Assembly: GCA_963677435.1 (NCBI GenBank)
Contig: OY781945.1
Coordinates: forward strand, 1,184,001 to 1,248,000
Length of the DNA: 64,000 nt
Source of the DNA: an uncultured Aliarcobacter sp.
Lineage (GTDB): Bacteria; Campylobacterota; Campylobacteria; Campylobacterales; Arcobacteraceae
Direction: 5' to 3'
This document shows positions 38,378 through 48,465 of the stretch, piece after piece (positions within the stretch are counted from its first letter, which is position 1; every line of letters starts with the position of its first letter). The position numbers and the translations under genes are program-made. Below the pieces are notes generated by a model. The model was given only the letters and a program-made list of their open reading frames with translations, ran no database searches and was not told where the DNA came from.

Positions 38378-41098
38378 ATGAAGCTTAGTCTGTCAAAAAT
38401 TAATTTTCTAAATATATTTTTTATCATTATTACTTTTTCAATTATTTTAGGTTTTTTTATTTATGAATTTAATCAAGATTTATATTCTAAAAAAGTAATC
38501 TCACTTGAAAAAGATTATTATAATAAAAATAGAGCAATTATAAAAAATGAGATAGAACGAGCCATTCAAAGAGCGAAAGTTATCGAATCTCTTATTTTTG
38601 AAAAGAATGAGTCGATATTAGTTGAAAAAGTAAATATTGTAAAAAATTTGTTTGATTCCCATGATGCAAACAACTTTTCAGAAATTTTAAATAAATATAA
38701 AAGAGAACTTGATTTATTAAAATGGGATAATAACTCTGGATATTTTTATATTTTTGATAAAAATGGAACTATTTTATATCATGGTGGTGATGAAAAATAC
38801 ATCAATACTAATGTATTTGAACTAAATTCTAATAATAAAGATTTACAAAATTTTTTAAGAGATGCTTTAGTAAAAGATGAAAAATTTGGTTCATACAAAT
38901 GGTATAAACCAAATGAAGACCCAAAGGAACTTTTTACAAAATATGTATATATTAAAAGAGATGAAAAACATGATGTTTATATAGCAGCTGGTATATATAA
39001 AGAAGAAGTGGATAAAAAAGTTCAACAATTAGTTTTTAAAGAGTTTAGTAAAGATAGATTCGGTGACAATAAATATGGTTATTTTTGGATACTAGGATTA
39101 GATAGAGTTTTGAAAATGCATGCGCTTAATCCAGAAATTGAGGGAAAAGTTAATGATAATGTTTTATCTGTTGATGGAAAAGTTTTAAATGATATTTCAA
39201 TTGAAAAAGCATTAAGTGGTGGTGGTTATATAAACTATAAGTGGATTAGACCTGATACAAAAAAAGAAGATGAAAAATTCTCATATGTAAAATTAATACC
39301 TGATTGGGGTATGATGATTGGTGCAGGGTTTTATATAACTGAACTTCAAGATATGTTAAAAGAGGAAAAAGATAATTTAAAAAAATTATCAGATGAATAT
39401 TTATCTAATATTTTTATTGTTCTTAGTATATTAATTTTAGTCTCTTTATTTATTGCTAGATATTTATCTTTACGAATAGAAAAAGTTGAAGTTGAGCGTG
39501 AAGAACAGATGAATTTATTAGCACAGTATAAATTTGTTCTTGATGAAAGTTCTGTTGTATCTAAAACTGATTTAAATGGTGTTATAACTTATGTAAATAG
39601 TAGTTTCGAAAAACATAGTGGTTTTAGTAAAAAAGAAGCCATAGGTAAAAACCATAGATTAGTTAGTCATCCAGATACTTCAAAAAGTCAATTTAAAATG
39701 TTGTGGAAAACTATTTCAAAAGGAAATATTTGGAAAGGAATTCTTAAAAATAAAAGTAAAGATGGGAATAGTTATTATAATAGTATTACAATTATTCCAA
39801 TTAAAAATGCACATGGAGAGATTTTAGAGTATATTTCAGCAGGTACCATTGTAACAGAACTAATAGAAAATAGAACGAAACTTCAAAGTCTATTTAAAAC
39901 AGATGCCTTAACTGGACTTGGTAATAGAGTTAGTTTAATTGACTATATTTCAAAAAGAGAAAGTGGAGTTTTAACATTAATAAATATTGATAGATTTAAA
40001 GAGATAAACGATAGTTATTCTCACAGTATGGGTGATGCAGTAATAAAAGGTTTAGCAAATAGATTATTTGAATTTTTTAATGATAAGAATTATAAACTAT
40101 ATAGACTACAAGCTGATGTTTTTGGAATTTTCACAATGAACAAAAGCAAAGACAATGTAATAGCTGATGTAAAATCTTTTATGAACACTTTAGGAAAAGA
40201 GCCATATTCTTTAGAAAATAAAAATTTTATGCTTACTTATACTTGTGGTATTGCTTCAAATAGTGAAAACTTATTGACTTATGCTGACATTGCATTAAGT
40301 GAAGCAAAAAATAGAAAAATAAAAATAAAAGTGTACGAAGCTTCTATGAAAAGTATAGAAGAATTTAGAAATAATTTAGAATGGGTTGAGCGATTACACA
40401 TAGCTATAAAAGAAGACCGAATATTCCCCCACTATCAACCAATATACAATTATAAAACAGGAAAAATTGATAAATATGAAGCTTTAATGCGATTGGTTGA
40501 AGATGGAAAAATCATCTATCCAAATGAGTATCTATCTATTGCAAAAAAAACAAAGTTATATCCTGAGTTAACTTATAAAATGGTAGAAAAAGTAATAAGT
40601 AAATTCTCAACAAATAATTTGGAATTTTCCCTTAATTTATGTATTGAAGATTTGATGAATGAAGAGTTGATGATTTTTGTTTATGATTATGCAGAGCAAA
40701 AAGGTGTCTTTGATAGAATGGTACTTGAAATTGTTGAATCAGAAGAGATAGATGATAGTGACTATATAAATAAACTTATAAAAAAATTCAAAAACCAAGG
40801 TGTAAAAATAGCAATTGATGACTTTGGAAGTGGTTATTCAAATTATGAATATTTGATTAAATTGCAAGCTGATTATCTAAAAATCGATGGATCTATTACT
40901 AAATTTATTGAAGATGATGTAAGAACACAAGATGTTGTAAAATCTATTTTAGAGTTTGCAAAAAAATCAAATATGAAAGTTATTGCAGAGTTTGTTAGTA
41001 ATGAAAATATAGATAAAATCTTAAGGGAAATAGGAGTTGATTATGCCCAAGGTTTTTATTATGGAAAACCACAAGCTGATTTGGTAGAAGAGATGTAA
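38378..41098 (+). CDS. Cache-PAS-GGDEF(degenerate)-EAL c-di-GMP phosphodiesterase
   Basis: Two Cache-like periplasmic repeats, PAS, QADVF in place of GGDEF, intact EAL and DDFGSGYS. Confidence 0.9.
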   Translation: MKLSLSKINFLNIFFIIITFSIILGFFIYEFNQDLYSKKVISLEKDYYNKNRAIIKNEIERAIQRAKVIESLIFEKNESILVEKVNIVKNLFDSHDANNFSEILNKYKRELDLLKWDNNSGYFYIFDKNGTILYHGGDEKYINTNVFELNSNNKDLQNFLRDALVKDEKFGSYKWYKPNEDPKELFTKYVYIKRDEKHDVYIAAGIYKEEVDKKVQQLVFKEFSKDRFGDNKYGYFWILGLDRVLKMHALNPEIEGKVNDNVLSVDGKVLNDISIEKALSGGGYINYKWIRPDTKKEDEKFSYVKLIPDWGMMIGAGFYITELQDMLKEEKDNLKKLSDEYLSNIFIVLSILILVSLFIARYLSLRIEKVEVEREEQMNLLAQYKFVLDESSVVSKTDLNGVITYVNSSFEKHSGFSKKEAIGKNHRLVSHPDTSKSQFKMLWKTISKGNIWKGILKNKSKDGNSYYNSITIIPIKNAHGEILEYISAGTIVTELIENRTKLQSLFKTDALTGLGNRVSLIDYISKRESGVLTLINIDRFKEINDSYSHSMGDAVIKGLANRLFEFFNDKNYKLYRLQADVFGIFTMNKSKDNVIADVKSFMNTLGKEPYSLENKNFMLTYTCGIASNSENLLTYADIALSEAKNRKIKIKVYEASMKSIEEFRNNLEWVERLHIAIKEDRIFPHYQPIYNYKTGKIDKYEALMRLVEDGKIIYPNEYLSIAKKTKLYPELTYKMVEKVISKFSTNNLEFSLNLCIEDLMNEELMIFVYDYAEQKGVFDRMVLEIVESEEIDDSDYINKLIKKFKNQGVKIAIDDFGSGYSNYEYLIKLQADYLKIDGSITKFIEDDVRTQDVVKSILEFAKKSNMKVIAEFVSNENIDKILREIGVDYAQGFYYGKPQADLVEEM

Positions 41099-41279
41099 TT
41101 TAATTAGATCTCTTTTTTTTTACTCTTTAATTATCTTGCTCGGATATAAGTTATTAAAACATTTATTTATAACTTAATAAAATATTTTGTATAATAATCA
41201 GATTTATTTTTTAACTTAAAATCTAATCTAAAATTATTTATTTAAGTTATTAATCAATAAAACTATAAAAGGCAAAAGA

Positions 41280-41912
41280 ATGAATGAAAGTATTACATCT
41301 AGAGTTAGTAGATTAATTTCAGGTAGTATCAATGCAATTGTAGACAAAGCTGAGTCTTTATCTCCAGAACTTGTAATGAAAGAGACAATAAGAGAAGTTG
41401 ATTCAACTATTGATGAGGTGAAAGTTTTATTAGGTAAAGAGACTATTGAACTTAAAAAAACAAAAGCTCAATTAGAAAATGAAAAAGCTAAATATGAAAA
41501 ACTTGCAGAACAAATAGAAATAGCTATTTCTCAAGACAGAGATGATTTAGCAAAATCTGCTATATCACGACAGATGGATATTGAAACACAAATCCCAATT
41601 TTAGAAGAAACAGTTTCTCAAATAGAAAAAAATATCACAAAATTAGAAAATTATATTGATGCTTTAAATGCTAAAAAAAGAGAGATGCAAGAAGAGTTAC
41701 AAGAGTTTATTAAAATTACTAAAGAGCAAAGAGTTTCTTCAAATATTACTTCAAATGTAGAAAAAGCAGAAGAAGCTTTTTCAAGAGTAAATACAGGAAT
41801 CAGCTCAAAATTTTTAAATAAAGATGATGTTCAACTTGCTGAGTTAGATAAATTATCAAGAGATAACAGAGTAGCAGAGAGATTACAAAGTTTAAAAGCT
41901 AATCAAAAATGA
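41280..41912 (+). CDS. PspA/IM30 family protein
   Basis: 210-aa coiled coil; conserved Pro (LSPEL), RDDLAK. Confidence 0.85.
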   Translation: MNESITSRVSRLISGSINAIVDKAESLSPELVMKETIREVDSTIDEVKVLLGKETIELKKTKAQLENEKAKYEKLAEQIEIAISQDRDDLAKSAISRQMDIETQIPILEETVSQIEKNITKLENYIDALNAKKREMQEELQEFIKITKEQRVSSNITSNVEKAEEAFSRVNTGISSKFLNKDDVQLAELDKLSRDNRVAERLQSLKANQK

Positions 41913-42562
41913 ATCTTATAGATTTTTTATTTACTAGTAATAATATTATTTTTACTAGTGCTCTTATATTAATGATATTTATTGCAGCACTTGAAGGTAT
42001 TTTAGTTCTAATAGGTGTTGGTCTATCAAATACTTTTGACTCTTTAATTCCTGATTTTGACACAGAACTTGATGTAGATACTGAATATTCATTAAGTAAA
42101 TTTTTTGGTTGGATTAGATTAAAGCAGGTTCCTATTTTGATGTTATTTGTTATATTTTTAACATCATTCGGGCTTATTGGTTTATTAATACAAGCAACTT
42201 TATTTAATATTATTGGAATTTTATGGCTTCAATATTTAGTTGTAATTCCAGCTTTTATTTTTGCAATTATTAGTTTAAGAATCTTTGGTGGATTGATTGC
42301 AAAACTTTTACCAAAAGATGAAACTTCATCAATATCAAATAATGATTTAATCGGACATATAGCAATAATAACTTTAGGTAAAGCAATAAAAGGTTCGCCT
42401 GCTGAAGCAAAAGTTAAAGATCAAAGTGGACAGGTACACTATTTTATGGTTGAACCTGAAAATGAAAATGATATTTTTTTGCAAGGAGAAAAAGTTTTAA
42501 TTTCAGGACAAAATGAAAAACTTTTTTTTGCAATAAAAGATATACCAGAAAAACTTAAATAA
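41909..42562 (+). CDS. YqiJ-like membrane protein with OB-fold
   Basis: VPILMLFVIFL..FGLIG, PAEAKVKD..GQVHY.MVEP. Confidence 0.85.
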   Translation: MNLIDFLFTSNNIIFTSALILMIFIAALEGILVLIGVGLSNTFDSLIPDFDTELDVDTEYSLSKFFGWIRLKQVPILMLFVIFLTSFGLIGLLIQATLFNIIGILWLQYLVVIPAFIFAIISLRIFGGLIAKLLPKDETSSISNNDLIGHIAIITLGKAIKGSPAEAKVKDQSGQVHYFMVEPENENDIFLQGEKVLISGQNEKLFFAIKDIPEKLK

Positions 42563-42571
42563 AGGGAAAAT

Positions 42572-44272
42572 ATGAATTTAGAATTAGATTTATCATCTAT
42601 GGCATTAATGATTCCAGGGATAATAATAGTATCTTTAATTACATTAGGGTTAATTTTTACAAGATTATATAAAAGAGCATCAAAAGAGACTTCTTTTGTA
42701 AGAACTGGTTTAGGTGGTGAAAAAGTTATTATGAATGGTGGTGCAATTGTATTACCTATTTTACATGAAACAATTCCTGTAAATATGAATACATTAAGAC
42801 TTGCAGTAGAAAGAGCAAATGAACAAGCACTTATCACAAAAGACAGAATGAGAGTTGATGTTTTAGCAGAATTTTATGTAAGAGTAAAACCAATAAATGA
42901 ATCAATTGCCTTTGCTGCGCAAACTTTAGGTATAAGAACTACTCAACCAGATTTATTAAAAGAGCTTATAGAGGGTAAATTTGTTGATGCCTTAAGAGCA
43001 GTTGCAGCTGAAATGCATATGGTTGAATTACATGAGCAAAGAGTAGATTTTGTACAAAAAGTACAACAAGTTGTATCTGAGGATTTATTAAAAAATGGTT
43101 TAGAATTAGAATCTGTTTCTTTAACAGGGCTTGACCAAACTAATAAAAAATATTTTAATCCAGATAATGCTTTTGATGCTGAGGGACTTACACGATTAAC
43201 TCAAGAGATTGAAGCAAGAAGAAAAATAAGAAATGACATTGAAAGAGATACAGCTGTAGAAATCGAAAAAAAAGATTTAGAAGCAAGAAGATTATCATTA
43301 GAAATTAAAAAAGAAGAAGAGTATGCCGTTTTACAACAAGAAAGAGAAATTGCAATAAGAAGAGCATCTCAAGTTGCAGAGATTGCAAAAGAGGAATCAG
43401 AACAAAGAAAAGAAGCAGAAAATTCTAAAATTTTTGCAGATCAAGAAATTGAACAAAAAAGAATTTCAGCAGAAAAAGAGACAGAACAAGCAAGAATTCA
43501 AAAAGAGCAATTATTAGAAGAAAAAAATATTGAAAAAAATAAATCAATAGAATTGTCAAATCAAGATAGAGAAATAGCAATTGCAGAAAAATCTAAGATG
43601 CAATCTATCGCAAAAGCACAAGCAGATGAAGCAAGAGCAGAAGCAGTAAAAGCAGAAGAAAAAGTTAAAACAGTTAGAGAAACTGAAATTGCAGAAAGAA
43701 CAAAATCAATTGAATTAGTTCAAGCATCACAAGAAGCAGAAAAAGAAGCTATTTCAATCAAAGTTGGGGCAGAAGCTGAAAAACAAGCAGCAGAAGACCA
43801 AGCTGAAGCACAAAGAATTTTAGCACAAGGTTTAGCTGATAAAGCAACTATTCTAGCAAGAAGTGATAATGAAGCAGAAAAACTAAGAGCAGAAGCTAAA
43901 GCAATTCAATATAAAGTTGAAGCTGAGGGTAAAGAGTCTATTAACAAAGCATCAAATATTTTATCACCAGACCAAATTGCAATGCAAATTAAACTAAGAC
44001 TAATAGAGCAATTACCAGAGATTATTGCACAAAGTGTAAAACCTATGGAGCAAATAGATAGTATTAAAATAGTTCAAGTTGATGGTCTAAATAATATTTC
44101 ATCTTCTGATGGACAAGGACAAAATAGTGTATCATCTTCATCTTTACCAGATCAAGTAGTAAATAGTGCACTAAAATATAAAGTTCAATCTCCTATTGTT
44201 GAATCATTATTAAAAGATTTAGGGCTAGATGGAACAAGCTTAAATGGATTAACAAAAGATTTAAATCAATAA
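42572..44272 (+). CDS. Flotillin/SPFH protein (YqiK-like)
   Basis: N-terminal TM, FVRTGLGG, LITKDRMRVDV, NAFDAEGL, long EA-rich coiled coil. Confidence 0.92.
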   Translation: MNLELDLSSMALMIPGIIIVSLITLGLIFTRLYKRASKETSFVRTGLGGEKVIMNGGAIVLPILHETIPVNMNTLRLAVERANEQALITKDRMRVDVLAEFYVRVKPINESIAFAAQTLGIRTTQPDLLKELIEGKFVDALRAVAAEMHMVELHEQRVDFVQKVQQVVSEDLLKNGLELESVSLTGLDQTNKKYFNPDNAFDAEGLTRLTQEIEARRKIRNDIERDTAVEIEKKDLEARRLSLEIKKEEEYAVLQQEREIAIRRASQVAEIAKEESEQRKEAENSKIFADQEIEQKRISAEKETEQARIQKEQLLEEKNIEKNKSIELSNQDREIAIAEKSKMQSIAKAQADEARAEAVKAEEKVKTVRETEIAERTKSIELVQASQEAEKEAISIKVGAEAEKQAAEDQAEAQRILAQGLADKATILARSDNEAEKLRAEAKAIQYKVEAEGKESINKASNILSPDQIAMQIKLRLIEQLPEIIAQSVKPMEQIDSIKIVQVDGLNNISSSDGQGQNSVSSSSLPDQVVNSALKYKVQSPIVESLLKDLGLDGTSLNGLTKDLNQ

Positions 44273-44321
44273 GTATTAAAGCCATCGGCTTTAATACGAA
44301 ATCGATAATATTTTCAAATTT

Positions 44322-45533
44322 TTACCCAAAAACCTTTTCAATATCATTTACAATAATATTATCAATATAACCTTTTGAACCATGATCTTTTAAAATATTC
44401 ATAGTATCCTTATGGCTCATTCCTTTTCTGTATGGTCGCTCTTCTGTTAAGGCTTGGTAAATATCTAAACAAGTCATAAGTCTTGAATCAAAACACAATC
44501 TTTGGGCATCAAAACCATAAGGGTAACCAGTTCCATCTAATTTCTCATGGTGATTTGCAGCCCATTCAACTATATCTTCAAAGCCGTTTATTTTTTCTAA
44601 AGCTTGTCTTGTGTAATAGGTGTGGCATTTAACAATCTCAAACTCTTTTTGTGTTAAGGCACTTTGTTTATCTAATATTTTATTTGGAACTGCAAGTTTT
44701 CCCAAATCATGTAAATTTGCTGCAATAACTAATCTCATAGTTTTTTCATGTTCATATTTATAATAATTACTCATTTTTGCAACCTTATCACTAAGTCCAG
44801 ATGAATGTCTAGAAGTAAAGGCAGAGTTTGAGTCAATGATGGTACTAAAAATAGAAGAGAGTTTTACTAATTGTTCTAGTTGGATATTCATTGTAAAATT
44901 TTCAATTTTGCTTAAAACTAATTTTTCTAAATTATTAGATTGTAAATCAAACCAAAATGCAGGTTTTTTCACCAAGGTATTAAAATTATTTACTAATTCC
45001 TCAGAGTAATAAATGCCTTTTTTATCATTTATAAACTTAACAATTTTTTCTCTATTTTCAATTGATGGGTTTTCAAAATGAAAGATATTATCAACTGTAT
45101 CAGCAAGTGCAATTATTTGAGCAAGTAGGGGAATTTGTGTATCTTTTAGTTTATAAAAGCCACTTCCCTCGTAGTTTTCATGGTGATATTTTACTATGTT
45201 TTTGTGATTTGATAAAAATGGAAAATCAATAATATTTTTTTCTCCAATTTCACAATGTTTTGTATACTGCTCTAAAATATTATGGTTTTCTTTTTTAGGA
45301 TTATCTTCAAATTCATTAACAGTTGCTTCTTCACTAAGTCCATTGTCATGAAGTATTGAAAATGAGCATAAATCAAATTTTTCTTTTTCACTTAATATAT
45401 AAAAATCTGCCAATTTTAAAGCAATATAAGCAACTCTTTTAGAGTGAAAAGAAGTTGCTCCAAGAGTGTTTATTTCCACAAAATCAAGTGCATCTGATAA
45501 AGCTAAAAGGAATTGGTTTAGGTTAAATTTCAT
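44322..45533 (-). CDS. Tandem HD-GYP phosphodiesterase
   Basis: Two HD motifs; HHEKLDGTGYP. Confidence 0.9.
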   Translation of the reverse strand: MKFNLNQFLLALSDALDFVEINTLGATSFHSKRVAYIALKLADFYILSEKEKFDLCSFSILHDNGLSEEATVNEFEDNPKKENHNILEQYTKHCEIGEKNIIDFPFLSNHKNIVKYHHENYEGSGFYKLKDTQIPLLAQIIALADTVDNIFHFENPSIENREKIVKFINDKKGIYYSEELVNNFNTLVKKPAFWFDLQSNNLEKLVLSKIENFTMNIQLEQLVKLSSIFSTIIDSNSAFTSRHSSGLSDKVAKMSNYYKYEHEKTMRLVIAANLHDLGKLAVPNKILDKQSALTQKEFEIVKCHTYYTRQALEKINGFEDIVEWAANHHEKLDGTGYPYGFDAQRLCFDSRLMTCLDIYQALTEERPYRKGMSHKDTMNILKDHGSKGYIDNIIVNDIEKVFG

Positions 45534-45578
45534 TGTAATCTCGTTTTTGGTGTATTATAACAGATGTTTTAAGTGATT

Positions 45579-46460
45579 TTATTTATACCTAATTGGCACT
45601 CTAAATTCAATATCAAATTCATCATCTGGATCTAAGTAATTATTTTTATAATACAAAACACTAGCTGAACTTTCAACTGCTTCAAATTCACTACTAGGAA
45701 GCCATTGATAATAGAGTTTTTGATATAAAGTCAAAGCATCTTCACATTTACCTTGAAATCTTATTGTGGCATATAAACCACCTTTGATACAACATAATCC
45801 AATATCACCTTTAGGTTTAATTTTTTTATCTTGTAAATCAACACAAGCAATATATCTATATTCTTCTATATCTGTAATATTTGGATTACTATGATGAATT
45901 GCCATCATTGTTGGCTCTTTTATATTAAACTCTTCTTCTAAAAGAAATAAAAGTTTTTGCCAAGTATTTTTTATGGTTTTATCAAATCCTAGTTGTCTCA
46001 TATATGCGATTTTTATTTCGGGTATTTTTTTTATCTCTATTTTTGAAAAGTCTACTTCTTTTTCTTTTAATTCATACTCTGTTGGTTTATGATTTTTATA
46101 TTTGCCATTTCTCCACTCATTTGGAGAACAATTATAAAGTTTTTTGAATTCATTGCTAAAGGTGGCAGAAGATTTGAATCCACACTCATAAGCTATATTT
46201 GTAATCGCTGATTTTGGATTAAAAACAAGAAGATTTGCAGCACAATGAAGTCTTAAATTTTTTATATAAGTATTAACACTTTTCCCCGTAATCTCTTTAA
46301 ATATTCTTTGAAAATGAAAAGCAGAATAAGATGAAATTTTGGCTAAGTCTTCAATAGTTAGTTTCATTGAAAGATATTTATAAATATGATATTGAACTTC
46401 GTTGATTCTTTGTTTATGCTCATTGGTTGTAACGGTTTTTTTCATAAGAGATAATAACAT
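45579..46460 (-). CDS. AraC-family regulator with GyrI-like effector domain
   Basis: N-terminal HTH pair (SAFHFQRIFK, CGFKSSATFS); C-terminal GGLYA..WLPSS. Confidence 0.9.
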   Translation of the reverse strand: MLLSLMKKTVTTNEHKQRINEVQYHIYKYLSMKLTIEDLAKISSYSAFHFQRIFKEITGKSVNTYIKNLRLHCAANLLVFNPKSAITNIAYECGFKSSATFSNEFKKLYNCSPNEWRNGKYKNHKPTEYELKEKEVDFSKIEIKKIPEIKIAYMRQLGFDKTIKNTWQKLLFLLEEEFNIKEPTMMAIHHSNPNITDIEEYRYIACVDLQDKKIKPKGDIGLCCIKGGLYATIRFQGKCEDALTLYQKLYYQWLPSSEFEAVESSASVLYYKNNYLDPDDEFDIEFRVPIRYK

Positions 46461-46587
46461 TTTTTAAGTAGAAAATTATGAATTAGCAAGATAGTATAAA
46501 CATAATAGCACGATTTGATAAATATATTCAAACATAATAAAAAGACAAAATCCTTTTTAAATTTTATAATTTAAAAAAGGAGTAAAA

Positions 46588-46722
46588 ATGAGAACTTTAT
46601 TTATATTATTCATTTTTGTAAGTTTATTATTTGCTTTAAAAGTAGGCAATAAAACAAAAGAAAAAGAGTTTAAAACAAAAGAGGATGTAAATCTTATCTT
46701 TTCATCGATAATACAAAAGTGA
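46588..46722 (+). CDS. 44-aa small membrane/secreted protein (below the ORF-track cut-off)
   Basis: AAGGAG RBS; MRTLFILFIFVSLLFALKVGNKTKEKEF... Confidence 0.55.
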   Translation: MRTLFILFIFVSLLFALKVGNKTKEKEFKTKEDVNLIFSSIIQK

Positions 46723-46767
46723 GAAAATATTGTAAAATAATTCACTAAAAAATCAGGAGGAAAACTT

Positions 46768-47391
46768 ATGCAAAAAACAGTAGGAATTTTAGTTTTTAAT
46801 AATGTTGAAGTTTTAGATTTTTGTGGCCCTTTTGAGGTTTTAAGTGTGACAAGAGTGGATGAATCAAAAAGAGCAGAGACAACTTCACCATTTGATGTAA
46901 AACTAATTGCACAAACAAAAGAGCCAATAACTACAACTGGTAAGATGAAAGTTATTCCTGACTATGATTTTGAATCATGCCCAAAACTTGATATTTTAAT
47001 AGTTCCTGGTGGAATGGGAACAAGAAAATTGATGTATGAAAAAGATGTTTTAGATTTTGTTTCAAAAAAAGCAAAAGAAGTTGAGCTTTTAACTTCTGTT
47101 TGTACGGGTTCATTGATTTTAGCAAATGCAAAATTACTTGATGGAGTTGAGTCTACAACTCATTGGAAAAGTTTGGAACGAATGGAAAACGAATTCAAAA
47201 ATGTAAAAGTCTGTAAAGATAAACATTTTGTAGAAGTTGGAAATATTATCACAAGTGCAGGAATTTCAGCGGGTATTGATATGGCTTTGCATATGGTGAA
47301 ACGATATTTTGGTGAAGAAATTGCAAAAGCAACGGCGAAGCATATGGAGTATCCATATATGATAGAAAATAAGAGGAAAATAGTGTTTTAG
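46768..47391 (+). CDS. DJ-1/PfpI family protein (isonitrile hydratase-like)
   Basis: LDFCGPFEV, VPGG, SVCTGS, TSAGISAGIDMAL. Confidence 0.9.
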   Translation: MQKTVGILVFNNVEVLDFCGPFEVLSVTRVDESKRAETTSPFDVKLIAQTKEPITTTGKMKVIPDYDFESCPKLDILIVPGGMGTRKLMYEKDVLDFVSKKAKEVELLTSVCTGSLILANAKLLDGVESTTHWKSLERMENEFKNVKVCKDKHFVEVGNIITSAGISAGIDMALHMVKRYFGEEIAKATAKHMEYPYMIENKRKIVF

Positions 47392-47425
47392 GATGTTTTA
47401 ATATGCTCTCTTTAAGAACAAGTTC

Positions 47426-47916
47426 TTCGCTTTTCTTACTTTTTGGTCTCAAAAAAGTAAGCAAAAAAGACTGCCGTGTTGATGAAGGCAAAGCTTCCTA
47501 AGATTTTAGTCTTTTTTTTCTGCGTTGCGGAACTCGTCGAAAAAGTGCATTTAGCACTTTTCTCTCCTCAAACAGTCCTCACTTTTCACCGAAAAAAAAG
47601 CCTAAAATCTTAGCTTCATCAAAGGCAGAAATTCCTAGTGTTCAAACTATCTTTTGTTAATAAAGTAATAAGAAATTCAGAATAAAGAAAATCAAAAATG
47701 CAAATGTCCTTATCCCATATTCCAACATCTACAGAAGCTGAGCGTTTGTTTTCTCTTTTCGAAAAGTCTTGCAACTGTTTGAGTAAATAAATATGCTGGG
47801 AGCATATTTATTTACGAGTTTTGCAAGACAGAAAAGATAAAACAATAAGTGAAGGAATCCAAAGGGCATCGAAGCCGTTGGTGGTTTTGCTTACTTTGTC
47901 CATACAAAGTGAGAAG
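47426..47916. repeat. Dispersed ~490-bp palindromic non-coding element, copy B
   Basis: Nested long hairpins; AACTCG...CTCAAACAG in the left half mirrors CTGTTTGAG...CGAGTT in the right half; homologous to 17945-18417. Confidence 0.75.
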
Positions 47917-47959
47917 AAATAACGACTTTTTATTTTCATTAAAACTTGTTTTTCAATAT

Positions 47960-48289
47960 TTATAAACCATCTACAAGTATAGTAATAGAAGTGGAACATA
48001 TTATTTGTTCTTGAAGTTTTGTTATATAAGGCGTAGCTTTGTTATCTATTTTTACTAAAGAATCACCATCATATTGAGCAGAAATTATTTTCTCAATTTG
48101 CTCTAATAATAATTTAAAACATTCTTCTGCTGATGAACCTGATATTTGTGGTAAAGTTGAAAAGCTTCCATTTGTGTTATCTGAATAAACAAAACAAATA
48201 TAACTTAAATCATTTATTCTTTGTAGTTCGGCTTTTGCAATGTGGCCACTTATTGTTTTAAAATCTATTTCTTGAACTATTGGTATCAT
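47960..48289 (-). CDS. Hypothetical protein
   Basis: 109-aa ORF with AAGGGA RBS; no recognised motif. Confidence 0.55.
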   Translation of the reverse strand: MIPIVQEIDFKTISGHIAKAELQRINDLSYICFVYSDNTNGSFSTLPQISGSSAEECFKLLLEQIEKIISAQYDGDSLVKIDNKATPYITKLQEQIICSTSITILVDGL

Positions 48290-48465
48290 TTATATCCCTT
48301 TTCTAGATGATTATTATTAAATATAAATTCTATATAAAATACACTTAAAAGTATGAACTACATATAGTTAGAAAATTAATAAAACATAACAATCTGTAAT
48401 ATTTTAAACCCAAAATTATCTTTTACGATATAGTTCAAAATCAATTAATTTCAAAAGGTATTTTT

